60,000 nucleotides of DNA, from contig NW_024704743.1 of the NCBI RefSeq assembly GCF_018977255.1, positions 26,786,001-26,846,000 on the forward strand, in the 5' to 3' direction. Below the pieces are notes generated by a model. It searched no databases. It was given only the letters and a program-made list of their open reading frames with translations, and was not told where the DNA came from. The translations under genes were made by a program, and so were the position numbers. Position 1 is the first letter of the stretch. Each line of letters opens with the position of its first letter. This DNA is from Callorhinchus milii. Taxonomy: Eukaryota. Of this stretch, positions 23,840-36,547 are shown in pieces.

Positions 23840-24625
23840 AGCCTATCTTTCACATCGCCTCCACTTCGTCCTGCAAATGGCTTCACCTCCAGCCCCCACA
23901 CCGTATCGTGCGGTGTTTCTCAGGGCTCTGTCCTTGGTCCTCTCCTCTTCACCCTCCTACATGCTCCCCCTTGGTGACATCATCCGCAGACATGGGGTAA
24001 ATTTCCACATGTATGCGGATGACACCCAACTCTACCTCTCTGCCTCCACCCTGAACTCCAGGACTACTGGTGACCTGACTGACTGCCTGTCCGATATCAA
24101 GTCCTGGACGAGGGATAACTTTCTCCAACTCAACGTCAGCAAAACCGAAGCCCTCCTGATTGGCTCGCGTCAGCGCCTCCGCACCTCAGGCGCTGACAGC
24201 ATCAGCGTCCAGAGGATTGAGTTCAAGATCCTCGTCCTCACATTTAAGGCCATCCATACCCTTGCCCCCTCCTACCTCTCTGACCTGCTGACTCCCTACC
24301 AACCTGCCCGCTCCCTCCGTTCAGCGGGCTCCGGCCTGCTCCATGTCTCCTGCCCGACCTGCCCTACCATCAGTGGCCGGACTTTCAGCCGCTCTGCACC
24401 CACACTCTGGAACTCCATTCACGGTCCGTTCACCTCGCTTCCTCCCTTGCCTCCGTCAAGGCTGGTCTCAAGATGCTTCTCTTCGACCGTGCCTTTGGTC
24501 ACCCTCCCACCTCTCTGCCTTCCCTCACTCCTACACCACCCCTACCCTATGCTCAGACCCCGACACCTGACTGTTCAGCGCTCAATGTGAAAGGCGCTCT
24601 ATAAATGTAATTTTGTTGCTTCTGT
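23840..24625 (+). mobile_element. L2 RT C-terminal fragment with internal in-frame deletion and 3' tail
   Basis: ORF 23772-24590 contains [23 protein letters not shown] and [23 protein letters not shown]. Confidence 0.92.
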
Positions 24626-25299
24626 TGTTCTTGTTAAGTCCAAAGGGACCTGTAGCAAAGCATGAAACACTCATGGATCAAATATTCTCTGGGCAAATGC
24701 AGTTTAGCACTTTCTCTTTCTTATTCCAATGATGTTTTAGTTCCAAAATGTGAGAAGCACCACTTCATCATTTGTGTGAATCTTTCGATTCCCACATCAT
24801 CTATCCTATGGCTTTGTGAGATTGACAATTTAGTCTTATTTTTTGCTCTGTGCCAGCTCACAGCATGAACTGGGGTGGCAATTGTCAAACTCATTAACTT
24901 AGGAACTGTACAGCTAAAAGAGCGAGCAAGAAAGCCTTCTTCCCTAATCAATTGAGAACAGAAAGAATCTAAACAACTGATCTATGAAAGGCTTAATGAG
25001 AAAATCAATTTTAAGTGGGCTTCAGAGAAACACACTCTCTTCCTTAATAATTTCCTTTAAATCTAACCTTTGTCAAATAAATTTAAGTTTTTTTGAAAAG
25101 AACATGAATTACCAAATAAGATTGAGAATCTTACAAAAATTGAACATCAGTAGGTTGCAATCATTTTTTAGGATTTGTGAATATTACAATAATAACATGC
25201 ATTTGAAATAGAGGTTTCTCACAGTACTTCACAGGAATTTTAATATGCACTGTAGTGACTGTGTATTCAAATCTCACAAATTTTAGACCCATCTCAAAC

Positions 25300-25580
25300 C
25301 TAGCACTTTTCACGTTTTCTAGACGTCTCAAAGCACTTCACAGAATATACTGTAAAGTGATTTGACTGCATATTTGTGGGCGAAACACAGCAGCCAATGG
25401 TGGATAGAGGTGTCCCACAACAATCGTGGATTGAAGTGACCAATTTTATTTATTTTTCATGAGGATTTATTATCAGGTGTGTGGAGTAAGCAAACTTGCC
25501 CAAGGTTTCACCCTGCTGGGAATCAAACCCAGGTCTCTTGCTTGCAAGGCGAATGCTCCAACCACTGAGCTACAGGACCT
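25300..25580 (-). mobile_element. tRNA/CORE-like SINE, short subfamily
   Basis: Reverse complement of 13294-13570. Confidence 0.88.
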
Positions 25581-26007
25581 TGCGGTTCAAATGATTGAGG
25601 CAAGGTACTCTGCCACATGAATATATTGTTGACTATGAAGCCTGGGACTGAGTGTGTGATGGTTGACATATTGCGTAACAATATGGTGCTCCCAATGTGC
25701 TCAAGGAGCAGCCAGATAAGCCCTGTTTGGTTGTTAGGTTAGTCATCATTGGCATGTATTTAGGAATGAAGTTTAAGGTGTTCAACATCCCTTTTGATTT
25801 TTAACTGAAGGGATGTGTTACGAAATGCTACAAACTTTACCTCAATTTTGCGAAGTTTGCCTAACAAGAGAGAAAAATTTTCTTTAACTTAAAGTCAAAT
25901 TCCTTCAGTAGAAGAAAACTATAAATTTGATTTTTGTTGTGAACAAAAGTTATAGGAAGACAGAGAGAAAATGGGGCTGCCTGAACAGAAAGGTGAGAAG
26001 AGATAAC

Positions 26008-26088
26008 CAAAACGTAAAATACCGCAGATGCTGGAAATCTGAAACAAAAACAGAAGTCGCTGGGAACACTCAGCAGGTCAGGCAGCAA
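26008..26088 (-). mobile_element. Penelope-like pLTR fragment (common shark repeat)
   Basis: gcagatgctggaaatctgaaacaaaaacagaa..actcagcaggtcaggcagca; family assignment is from recall. Confidence 0.55.
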
Positions 26089-26207
26089 TGTAGCTTATTA
26101 TACAGTCCTAACAGAAATTGAGGTTGTGCATTCCGATGTGATAGTTCTGGTAAATGAACAAATAAGCATTCTTGAAGAGATATTTACAAAAGAATGCTCA
26201 CATACTT

Positions 26208-26282
26208 ACGCACATACACACACATTTATACGCACACATACATATATGGACTCACACACATTCGCACACACGCACATACATA
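26208..26282. repeat. Degenerate (CA/TA/CG)n microsatellite
   Basis: acgcacatacacacacatttatacgcacacatacatatat.. Confidence 0.85.
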
Positions 26283-26789
26283 TAGATGGGAAGAAATCTA
26301 AATAATCTAAAATAATACTTGCAGAAATATATGTCAGAGGAACAGATAATAAATTAATGTGGTATCCAGTTTCTTTGCTAATTTCCAGTTTTTTAAAAAA
26401 CAAACTCCCTGTTTAATTTATATCCAGTAATTATTCCATTCTGATATCACAATTACCTGCTGCTTGACTGTCTTTTGTCCAAATTAGGTTGAGTTGACAG
26501 GGATCATCAGTTGATTGATTTGGGATTTGTGAATCTAGCACAGGCTGAGATTGACAGGTTTGTTTCTGGAAGATAAAAACATTTAGCTGGAGCTCTGGGT
26601 TGCTGAACGTTAAAATCACAAGTCATATGGGATAGGCCATTGATAAAGAGAATCTCACACACTGAAACTAAGGAGAGTGAATGTGAATATGATCTGGGCA
26701 AATCCAGCATTGCAATGGAATTTATTGTACTTTTACAAGTAACAACATTTTACATTTCTTTTAAAAAGATTCAACCTGAGCTATTCATA

Positions 26790-26985
26790 TCATGACTGTT
26801 TGTGGGACATTGTGTACAAATTGCTGTCTTCCCTCTCCCCCTTACCCACACACTCTATCCCACTCTGCATCTGTCTGTAAATTGGCTGCGTGTTTGCCTA
26901 CAGTCATTCCACTGTATATTTTGTGAAGTGCTTTGAGACGTCCTCCCTACATGGAAGGTGGTATATCAAACATAGGATTGTTGTT
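26790..26985 (+). mobile_element. SINE 3' half with a small insertion
   Basis: ctgtttgtgggacattg..aattggctgc..gtgaagtgctttgagacg. Confidence 0.7.
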
Positions 26986-27196
26986 CTTATTAATATTCTC
27001 TTGATTTTGTTTGCTTGCAAAGGTATGTGTGTTTGGAATGGCCAACACTTTTATAAAGCTAATGTATACCTTGCAATGTCCTCTTATCGTGAAAGGCCCT
27101 GTATGAAAGCTATTTTGTTGAGATCACCACAGAGGATTGACGTTTTTGACTTGATTGACTCGAGTATTGACTTGAGTATTGATAAAAGGGTTGACA

Positions 27197-27268
27197 TGAT
27201 TCCAATATTCCATTGTCAAACATGTCACCTTGGACCCAGCTCATCTCTGAAAAGTCCCCACTTACCTC
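27197..27268 (-). mobile_element. Fragment of the poly(A) LINE family
   Basis: gattccaatattccattgtcaaacatgtcaccttgga matches 19176-19212. Confidence 0.65.
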
Positions 27269-27809
27269 GCCCAGATTATTAATGAACTGAGAATGTGTAA
27301 AGAAGAATGAACATGTGATTAGGGAGGTTTGAGATGCAGTGGGCTGAATAGCTGTATGGCCTTTTCTAATCCCTGATTTTCCTTAAATACTTATGCAAAA
27401 GTATTGAGGTAATGATGATTTCATAAACTCTGAAAAAAAGAAAAGATGGAATTATTTTTAACTGGTACATGAATCTTAAGATAAAATATGAGCCTTGAAA
27501 GCACTTCTATTCCTACAATATAACTCATCATTTTCGCAGGAGTGATTTTTATATAAAATAGTTCTTTTCTAATTTGTTTGTTAATTCCACATGTATAGTG
27601 GCTGCTGATTACCAGTACATGTCACGGCTTTGAAGAGTGCTGACATCTACACTGAATGATTGTTACACATTGTATCCAGGAAACCTTGAACATTTTGAGT
27701 CTTTCAATCTGATCTTTACTTGGGGGAAGATTTTTACTTAAATTTTTCATGTTGAGGCATCAGCACCAAATCATGTATATAATACAAACATAAAAACAAA
27801 CACGTGACA

Positions 27810-28125
27810 GGTCTTCCTGATAGCTCAGTTGCAAGCAGCACATTGTGCAATGGAGCCACACTTAACCAGGAAGTTTCCAAATTCGATCCCCAACCTGTGA
27901 TGAGTTCTGCTTCCATCGTCATTGAGCAAGGCAAGTGTTGGCAAAAAAAACTAGTCAAATCCTATCCAAGGTGCCTTTTCTGTAAAAAGTGGGGAGAAAC
28001 ACACTTGACTATGATTCACAACCTGCTATAAAAGATGCGTACTTCGGTGAGGAACTGGGCGAAGATCAGCATGTGTGAAACACCATCAGTCAGCGTCTGA
28101 AAGAGAGGAGAAAAGATAATTGGAA
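27810..28125 (+). mobile_element. Third tRNA-type SINE family (head and purine-rich end)
   Basis: gatagctcagttg A-box, ttcgatcccc B-box, ending agtcagcg..gagaggagaaaa. Confidence 0.55.
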
Positions 28126-29059
28126 GGAATAAGAAAATCAATAAAACTTGGAATGAGAACAGGCCATTTGGCACTTCAGACCCACTCTTTCCATAGACCA
28201 CGTGCAGCCTAATCTGCTCTAGGCTCCACCGCTTGATTCGAACAAGACAGGATACAGTGTAGCTACCCATCCTACATTATCCTGTTCATAACTGGTCTGC
28301 CACTTGGCACAGACTATGTTTGGTCCCACATCACAGTCTCTAATGGATTATCTGATTATCTGACTCTGTAGCTTCTAGCCCCTTACCTTTCCTCTAATCT
28401 CATGATATTAACTGTGAAAATAATAAGAACATTCAGGCAAAACACCGCACCGAAGGCAACAGTGACAGCGATGATGGAACATGGGAACCATTATAAGGTT
28501 CCATTCAATGAACCAGCACTGACTTTGCTGCGAGTAATTTCTTTATAAATGATGTAGAACAGCAACACTTCCAAGACAAGATTTTATGCTGTGGCCTCTG
28601 CCCTCTGCTAATGCACAAGCTAAGAGCAATTCTAAGTGCCATGTTGCAAAAATAACTTTTTGATCACTTAAAATAGGATTCAATGCAGGCAGGTGAACAG
28701 TAGTTGGATGCAGTTATCTTTCTGTGCATTAAAATACCTTATTCCTCATCCTTGCCCCCTCTTCAAAAACAATTGAATCATTGCAAATACAAATGAAGAA
28801 ATGAAGCTTCTATTCCTAGACTCAAAGGGAATAGGAAGATTCTGTGCTTTGTTTAATTTATTTTAATCATGCTTTATTGGGTGCACTATATTGTCTCTGT
28901 GATCTTGTAACAGGCACAAGAGACCTACACATTTTTGAAAGAAACACTATAGTTGTCAGAACATCCGTACATTGGGGTTTGGAGTGTGCCTACTGATTCT
29001 ATAGGGCATAGAGTGGGGATCCTGTTACAGAACTCAGGACTATATTTTGTTGCATGCCT

Positions 29060-29462
29060 CTTGAGCTATGGCCAAAGATTAGATAATCTAAGGCTTTTCA
29101 GTCTTGCGAGAAGACAGCTTAGAGGGGAGCTTGTAGAGATGTATATCATTTTAAATGGGATTGAAAAGGGTAAAACAGTACAGTATTTCAGGACACACCA
29201 AGACAGTGGAACAAGAGAAAACAACTTTAAGAGTTTCAAAAGGCAAGTTCAGGACAGACACGAGAAAGGTTTTCTTTATCCAAAGGGTAAATAACAACTG
29301 CAACAGGTGCCAGGATGGGTGTTTGATGTCAGGACACTGGGACTCATTGAAAAATAGCTTGACAGCTGTGAAGGGAGAATGATCAAGTGCTATTCTGGAA
29401 GAATGGGATCAAATGGGCCGAAGGGTCTTCTTCATCCAAACAAATCTTGTGATCTTGTGATC
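29060..29462 (+). mobile_element. CR1 3' end with (CTTGTGAT)2 tail
   Basis: SYGQRLDNLRLFSLARRQLRGELVEMY, then KFRTDTRKVFFIQRVNN. Confidence 0.88.
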
Positions 29463-29581
29463 TAAATAACACATAGCATTAGTACAACATCTCATGGCTT
29501 TAAGACTACTATATTTTGCAGTCCTGTTAAAGTAAAACATTAATTTGTTTCCTGAAGGCCCTTTGCTATTTTCTGCTTCAG

Positions 29582-29655
29582 GTTTTGGTCAAACATAAGT
29601 ATAATTATAGCAACCCTCTGGCTGTTGCTAGTTTAATAAAAGCTGCAGCACTCAA
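29582..29655 (+). other. Candidate internal exon (74 nt)
   Basis: ctattttctgcttcag| acceptor, CAA|GTAAGT donor, one open frame VLVKHKYNYSNPLAVASLIKAAAL; protein not recognised. Confidence 0.3.
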
Positions 29656-30536
29656 GTAAGTCCATCGAGCTATTTATTCTCGAGTTTTATAGTAATTTCT
29701 AATCAAAATTTCAGAAAAATAAATGCAGCTGATAGATGCACTTGAAAGTGGGTTGTTTTGTTTTTATATTTTTTTTCTACGTGTTCTGAGTACCAGAACC
29801 ACTCAAGCTTTGACGCATTATAGGTTTTCATGTTTCACCTTACAGCTAGGAGCTGTTTTAGCAAGCCTCTGTGTTCAAGCTCCACTGAGCAGCAGACTGC
29901 GTAAAACTGTAAAAGTGCCTTTTTTGTTTAGTATAATGGCTTCAGCTAAAACTACAATACGTGCAGCAGGGAACAATGAAGGCACCGTTGTCACTTGGAT
30001 GGAAAAAAAATGAGTCATTTTTTTTTCACTCAGTCTTTACATTGTAAACTGCTGGACTAAAAATCTTGCGGTATCGTCAAGTATTCAACTATCATAGGCA
30101 TTCAGCAAACTACCATGTCACTAACATCATCAAAGTTGCTCGGCATCTTAGACTCTTGTGCTTGAAGGGGTATCTTCTTTTAAAAAGCATAACAAGACAA
30201 AGTTTTTAAAAATGGCAGGTGCAACAAGTTTGAACATTAGAGATGCCCTTGAGGGCTTCACATGCTTCTTGCTTCACTGCAACTTGCTACAGAAATTCAG
30301 TATAAATTGGTTTGAGCAGGTGGGTTTGAAATCGAATAGTGGTTGAGCTCCACACACTGCTGAGAGCACACTGGGAAAATGGTTTTGACAGCACTTTGAT
30401 TCCCACCACTGCAATAAAAATATAGTGGGTGTGATTCGATTTCTTCTCTGCTCCCAAAACATCTCTTAATTTTTTTATTCTGTCCAATGAATTGCAAAGT
30501 ACACTCAATGGACCTCAATTAGCTCTTTGGAATAAA

Positions 30537-30700
30537 GTCAGCTTGACTAGGTTGGCAGCATTATTACTTCCGGCTCAGACGTTTGTGAGTTCCAACCCCA
30601 TTGTCAAGATTTGTGCTTCTACTCTGAGTTGACATTACAGTGCTGAATTGGGAGAGTGCTCCATTGACCGAGGTACCATCCTTTGGATGAGAGATTAAAT
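30537..30700 (+). mobile_element. Deu-domain SINE 5' half
   Basis: gtcagcttgactaggttggcagca head..cctttggatgagagattaaa. Confidence 0.7.
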
Positions 30701-30707
30701 AGAAGGA

Positions 30708-31870
30708 TTTTGAACATGGAGAGGGATTATATAAGGTGGAAGGAATTTCAATTTTCACATCAAACCCATTGGTAGCTTTGCTTCTGTATGGGATTGCTGA
30801 ATATTGTAAAGCTAAGGATAATCCCACTTACATCAACTTTCATTGATTTTCGTAAGGCTTTTAACCCAGCGCCTCATGATGTTATCCTGATGAAACTGGA
30901 AGCTATTGGAGTACATGGCCATATCCTGGATTTCAGTTCCAAGATCTGTGTACGGGTCAACAGGGGACTCATTGAGCCCATCCTTCTGGAAAGGGGCTAA
31001 GGCAAGGCTACCCGTAGTCACCCACTCTATTTGGGACTCAGTTTTGCCCACAAAATATGCAGTCAGTCCACTTTACAATATATTCTGTGAAGTGCTTTGA
31101 GACATCTCAATGATGTAATGAAGCGCTATATTAATTCAAGGATTATTGTTATTATTCATCAATGACATGTTGGATGGTATCGAGGGGGAAAGACTTGGTG
31201 TATCTGTTCCAGGCCTTTCTGACAGGATTGTGGCGCTTCTATTTGCGAATGATATTGGTGGACTCACCTGGGCATCTCCTGCGCTGCACCCACCTTCTTG
31301 AACATTTGGCAAACATTTGGATATGGCGGTGGATCCCTCCAAGTGCGGAATCATGCTTCTGCATGGCCCAAGGTAATACATTGAGGGAATTCATTGGAAG
31401 ATACAAGGGGTACCATTCCCAATTGTTGATTCTTATCAGTACCTCATAGTCTATAATATTCCAGGATATTCCATGGCAGCACAGCCAGCCTCATCAGCAG
31501 TACTTGGAAGGGTAAACAAGTCACTGGGGCAGGAAGTCATCACACTTAGCTCTTGTTAACCCTGGAAACAAAGCCCTAATGGGTAGGGTGGTCCTAGTTG
31601 GACAAGCAGTAGGAAAGCTTGCCAGACAGTGATATCAATGTCAAGCTATACTGGTTTAGCTGGTTAGACTCCAGCAGTACCCCAGAGCCTTGAATCCTGC
31701 TAACCTGCACCGATTACTTTGCGGAATTAGGAAGCAGGATGTGTACCTCCAATAAATAGCTCTGGAAGTTCCATGTGTAGGATGCATGGAAATATGTTTG
31801 GTTTGGATACTCTTAAGCATGGTGAAGGGTTTCCGGATGTGTTAGACACCTGGCTGACCAAATAAAAATA
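30708..31870 (+). mobile_element. Fossil non-LTR retrotransposon (not CR1 or L2): RT core plus 3' region with A-rich tail
   Basis: Across frameshifts: PTYI-FIDFRKAF..PH..KLEAIGVHG, LERG-RQGYP*SPTLF, FINDMLDG, GVSVPGLSDRIVALLFAND, DPSKCGIM, IQGVPFPIVDSYQYL; the 3' segment is repeated elsewhere in the window. Confidence 0.85.
31033..31154 (+). mobile_element. SINE tail inserted within the RT
   Basis: Sits between SPTLF and FIND; ends aaggattattgttatta. Confidence 0.85.
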
Positions 31871-34537
31871 GATTGTAATATTCAGCAGCTGCTTTAATGA
31901 GCTAGATAGAATAACAATTGTCAAATCCTGTGATGTTTGAAACCAGATCTACACACATGCTGGACATGAAGAGAGAATTGACATGATGCAGTGATTTATC
32001 TGCTTAGATTAGATGTTTACATGCTCTGTGTTGTTTCATTTGTGCATTGTCGCTGTTCAGAATTTTTGATTTATTGTGGTGTTGAAATATTATTACTGTC
32101 CTCAAGAGGTTCCTCCTCATAACTTAAATAACTGGTGTTTGTTGCTTTCATCAAGCTCACAAAGGCAAATCGTCCAGAGACTTCACTGTGGTCAAGAAGA
32201 TTAAAGTCTGCAGATTTCCAGACATCGCTTTGAAGTTTGTACCACAATGAGATTAAGTACCTCAACTAAATATAGTATCACATGAAAGACTGGAAAATAA
32301 TGTGTGGGGAAATCTTTATGGATCAGATTATATAAGGTATCAGCATATTTTATTCAATCCTTTTATACACCTGAAGCTGAAAACAGAGAACAGGAGAAAA
32401 AAAATGTACAAAATTGACAGTAATGGTTTAGTTTCAAGGAAAACATCTAAAGATATTTTCCTTTTTTATGGCCAAACCAGAATTTGCACAATTCATGTAT
32501 TTCGAATGCTAAGCGGGAGTTCTTATCCATTCATACGAAATCTCTCAGACAAAATTACTGAAAGGGTACGATAATGTGATTTGTTGATCCTGTTCCCTTT
32601 TTTTGTACCTTTTTTAAAAATGAATCTCCATGCATAACAAAACACAGGGTCACTATACTCTATGATAAAAGCTTTGAGACATTTTTGTGATGTAATAAGG
32701 AGCACCAAAAAAATTTTTTTATTCTCATGTTCTATATTTGTTGTTTGGTGGCTATCATTTGAAGCAGGCATGAGCAATTGGACTCGGAAACTAGACCACA
32801 CCAAAACTGATGCCTACAGTTAATATGTAAAATGGATATAATAATAAAGGCATAATTATCACATCTTTCTGTAGTGGAAGCTGTATCCCATTTTAAAGCT
32901 TTTTTTTTAAACTGGAGCTTGCCTTTCTTTTTGCATTGAACATGGAGAAACATCAAATTCTTTTCACCTATTAATGGACTGAGCACTCAGAGCAGCCTCG
33001 AGGGAAGAAAAAAAGGTTATTTATTAAAACCGGGATTGAGAGGAACAAATACACAGCTGATTGACTGCACTCCACAGGTTCTAAAACAAAGCTCACTCAA
33101 ATGCAACCTATAAAGGGAGAGATTTTGCGATATTGTGATGTGTTTAATTAACACCCAGGTACTAATTTACGCTTGTGGTCAATTTAACAATGGTAAAGGT
33201 ATTTAAAACGTCAACTGTTTTGCCTCCTTCCCGTAAACAAAGCTACACTGTGGAAATCCACTGACTGCAAATTGAGCTTGGAGTTGGTCTGATACCAGCT
33301 TCATACTTTGATTTATTTTATTTAAGTCAGTATCTGGTTAATCAACACTCCAATGCAAGTGATTTGCAAGCTAAAAATTCCACTATGCAAACCCTTCCTG
33401 GCTACTGATTGTCTGATTGAAATTGCATTTACATTTTCACAGTTTTACCTTTTTTCATGTTCACCTTAATGTGGGACATGACAACCGTCTCACAATTTAA
33501 CTTGATGCACTGAAACATTTAACATAACCTGATGCAGGCCCTCAATTTAACTCAATGCATGCAAACATTTAATTTAATCTCACATACTGTTGTCTGTTGT
33601 CCCATAAAGTACTGTCCTCCGCATTCAAAATAAGAGTAACTCCAACTTTCTATGCGGTTTCCTTGCTAGCTTTCAACTTCAAGTTTCTCCAATGATAGAT
33701 GTCTCTTCAAAGCTTTATTGACATTGAAGTAGTAAAGGTAGATGCTTCAGCAAATAAGACTAGTTACTTCAAGCTTCACTGATGGCTGCTGCTTTAGATC
33801 CCGCATACAGATATTCAGGAACTGAGGATCGATTCACAAGTTTACTTGCCACTCACACTTCAGGTTGAAAGGTCAGTCAAGGGATCAAAAGTAGACATTC
33901 AGAAATTGAGGACAGATGCTCAGAGAGCATGGATGGGTAATCCACGACTGCTCACCTAATACTAAGAGGCTCTTGAGACTTCCCAGATAAATAATCTTAC
34001 CACTCGGTGTGCTCAAGGGAGTACACATATCCATCTTGGCACTTTAGCTACCATTTTGCTCTGACAGGATTATGGCAGGAGAGTGATGATGTTATTGTCC
34101 AATCTCAGAAGACTGGATGCATGCTCGCTCTCACTATTTGTGATTGAGATTTCTTGTGAACTTGCAAGGTATTGTTTCCATTGCATTACTCCCTCCAAAC
34201 CTCTCTGTCCCCAACACGATTCCATTTCAATGTAGGATGCACATGGTTGGGACAAGAGTGTATTTCATAAACACAAAGAGAGCAAACTTGCGAAATCATT
34301 GTGGTATTGCAATTATTGTAGAAAATACCCAAATACAAGAATCTAAACTCAGTTTGAATGTTACACCAAGAGATGGAAAACAACCAACTCTTAGTTGAAA
34401 CCTGCGTTAATAGGAAGAAATATTTCAAGCCCAACCCATGATTGCAAAGTCCTCATTAAAATTGCCAAAGGTTTCAGAGGCCAGATTCTCTTGCCTAACC
34501 TGCCTCATTCCACTAAATTACCTCGTGTTGCAATCAC

Positions 34538-34605
34538 CACAACAAGAACTTGCATTTATATAGCATCCTTCACATGGGATAGCATCTCAGAGCGCTTCAC
34601 AAAGA
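34538..34605 (-). mobile_element. L2 3' terminal stub
   Basis: acaacaagaacttgcatttatatagc..agagcgcttcac. Confidence 0.65.
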
Positions 34606-34837
34606 CACATGTCTATAAAAACAATATACAGCATATTGATTGTAAATATATTCAGTGATCATAAGTACTTTTTGTTCCTTGTTTTCTGAATTTACAGGCT
34701 ATTCCTGTCTTATTGCGGTCTTAAAGTGTGTATTTCTCTGATTAATCCTATCATTGCAAAGTAGAAAACCATTTTTTTTAAAAAGAGAGTCGCTACAATT
34801 ACCACAAAAGACAGAACCTGATCCATTGTCTGGTAAT

Positions 34838-35170
34838 TAATAATAACAATCCTTGCATTTAATATAGCATCTTTCATGTCGAAATCTCTCAAATATTTCA
34901 CAAGATTTACTATAAAGTACAGTGAATGTGCACAATGTTGGCAAAGGGAGCAGCTGATTTGTGCACAGCAATGTCCCACAAACAGCCACAAGGTGAAAGA
35001 ACAATTTTGTATGGGGCTGTTGGCCAAGATACTGAGAAAAACTGCCTTCTCTTTTTGAATAGTGCCACGGGAACTTTAACATTTACCTGAACATCCAGAT
35101 GGGACCTCTTATCCAAAGGATGGCACCTTGAACAGTACAACGCACCAACAAAACTGCATTGGTGCATTGG
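34838..35170 (-). mobile_element. Deu-domain SINE lacking its head
   Basis: Tail and Deu domain (tttgaatagtgccacgggaacttt). Confidence 0.82.
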
Positions 35171-35516
35171 TCTAGTACTGGCGTGTGCTGCTTTACTAAA
35201 GCTAAAGTTGAGCATATAAAAGCCTCCCTCACGACAAAAAACATTTGATTAATCTACAGTAATAATGCATCCTACTCAGAGACATTCTCCAACTTTATAT
35301 TTCATTGTTTCATGGTGCTAGAGTTAGTTTCACGTCCTCTATAAATGGAATCGTCTTGTTGTTGTTGTTGTTGTAGAAAGTTACCACATGCTTCTACAAT
35401 GTTTGCAGTTCTGGTTGATGTTTTAACTGGTAAAAGGTGGTCAGGGATATTTCAGAATTTGTTTGCAGGACAGATTCTGAAAGGACTCAGAAGTTGATTA
35501 AATTCCGGGAAAAAAA

Positions 35517-35792
35517 TGGATAGTTCAGTGGTTTAGAACACTTGCCTTTCACCTTCAGGGTGTGATTTCAAACAGAGCCAAAGCTGATTTGATGGAATTT
35601 TGCTCTCTTTGAAAGCTCTTCAGGGCCCGTTGACTGTCTCAATTCAGTTCACACAGCACAAACCCACTGTAATTCAGCAATCATTAGTCATTTCTCATTC
35701 AAAAGGCTATAAGGATGCTGGCATGTGAATTGTGAATTTAACATTAGTGCTGTTGAAGGTGTTACATAAGCAAAGATTGAGGCATATGTGAA
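35517..35792 (+). mobile_element. LF-SINE-like element, degraded
   Basis: Collinear blocks gcctttcacc, gtctcaattcagttc, acagcacaaacccac, aaaggctataagga and gattgaggcat resemble the LF-SINE consensus as recalled. Confidence 0.55.
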
Positions 35793-35909
35793 AACTAAAC
35801 TGTGATTGTTTAATTGATGGCTTAATATTCACACTGAGGAGAAGAGGAAATTAAAATTGAATTCTTTAGCACTGCTATTCTTCATGTTGATAGGAACAGA
35901 GGTACAATA

Positions 35910-36065
35910 TGATACAATTTACATTTATATAGCGCCTTTCAAGTCAGGAGAACATCTCAAAGCGCTTAACACTACCGGCAAGACACTTGAGTTAGGGGTG
36001 GAAACCGAAGGGAATGGGGAAAACAAAATTATAACCAAAAGGATGTTCAAAGAGGTAGATCTTGA
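35910..36065 (-). mobile_element. L2 3' end
   Basis: acatttatatagcgcctttcaagtcaggagaacatctcaaagcgc..tcaaagaggtagatcttg. Confidence 0.7.
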
Positions 36066-36547
36066 AAGAAATAACCAGGACTGCAAAGAGCCATTGCAAT
36101 ATATAGTCTTATTTTCAAGTTCCATCTCACCCTATGCCACCACTCCTCTTCAGCATTAAAAAACTAACCAATTCCCTTGTGAAACTTCCCAACTCCAACA
36201 CTTGAGTGAAGTATTTCAAGTATTCCACACTGCATAAAGTAGTCAAGTCTCGATGAGGGGCAGAACGGAGCAGAACTAAAGATGTAATGAGGAACTTTTG
36301 GAAGGAATTGGTGTCATCATTTTGTGTAGTGCTTGTCATTTCAAACACTGCCCATGGTTTTTAATGAGGGTTTACCCTTCTAGCTACACTCAAGATTGCT
36401 CCTCATGAGACTGAGTGGTTTGCATTGATTTCCTTTTAGTGAAAACAATAAACTCAAATTGCCTGATGAGACCATGGAAAAATGGGACTTGTTTTTAGGA
36501 GGTGAAAATATCAAATATCTGCTCAGAGGGTAACATTTTCCAATTAT

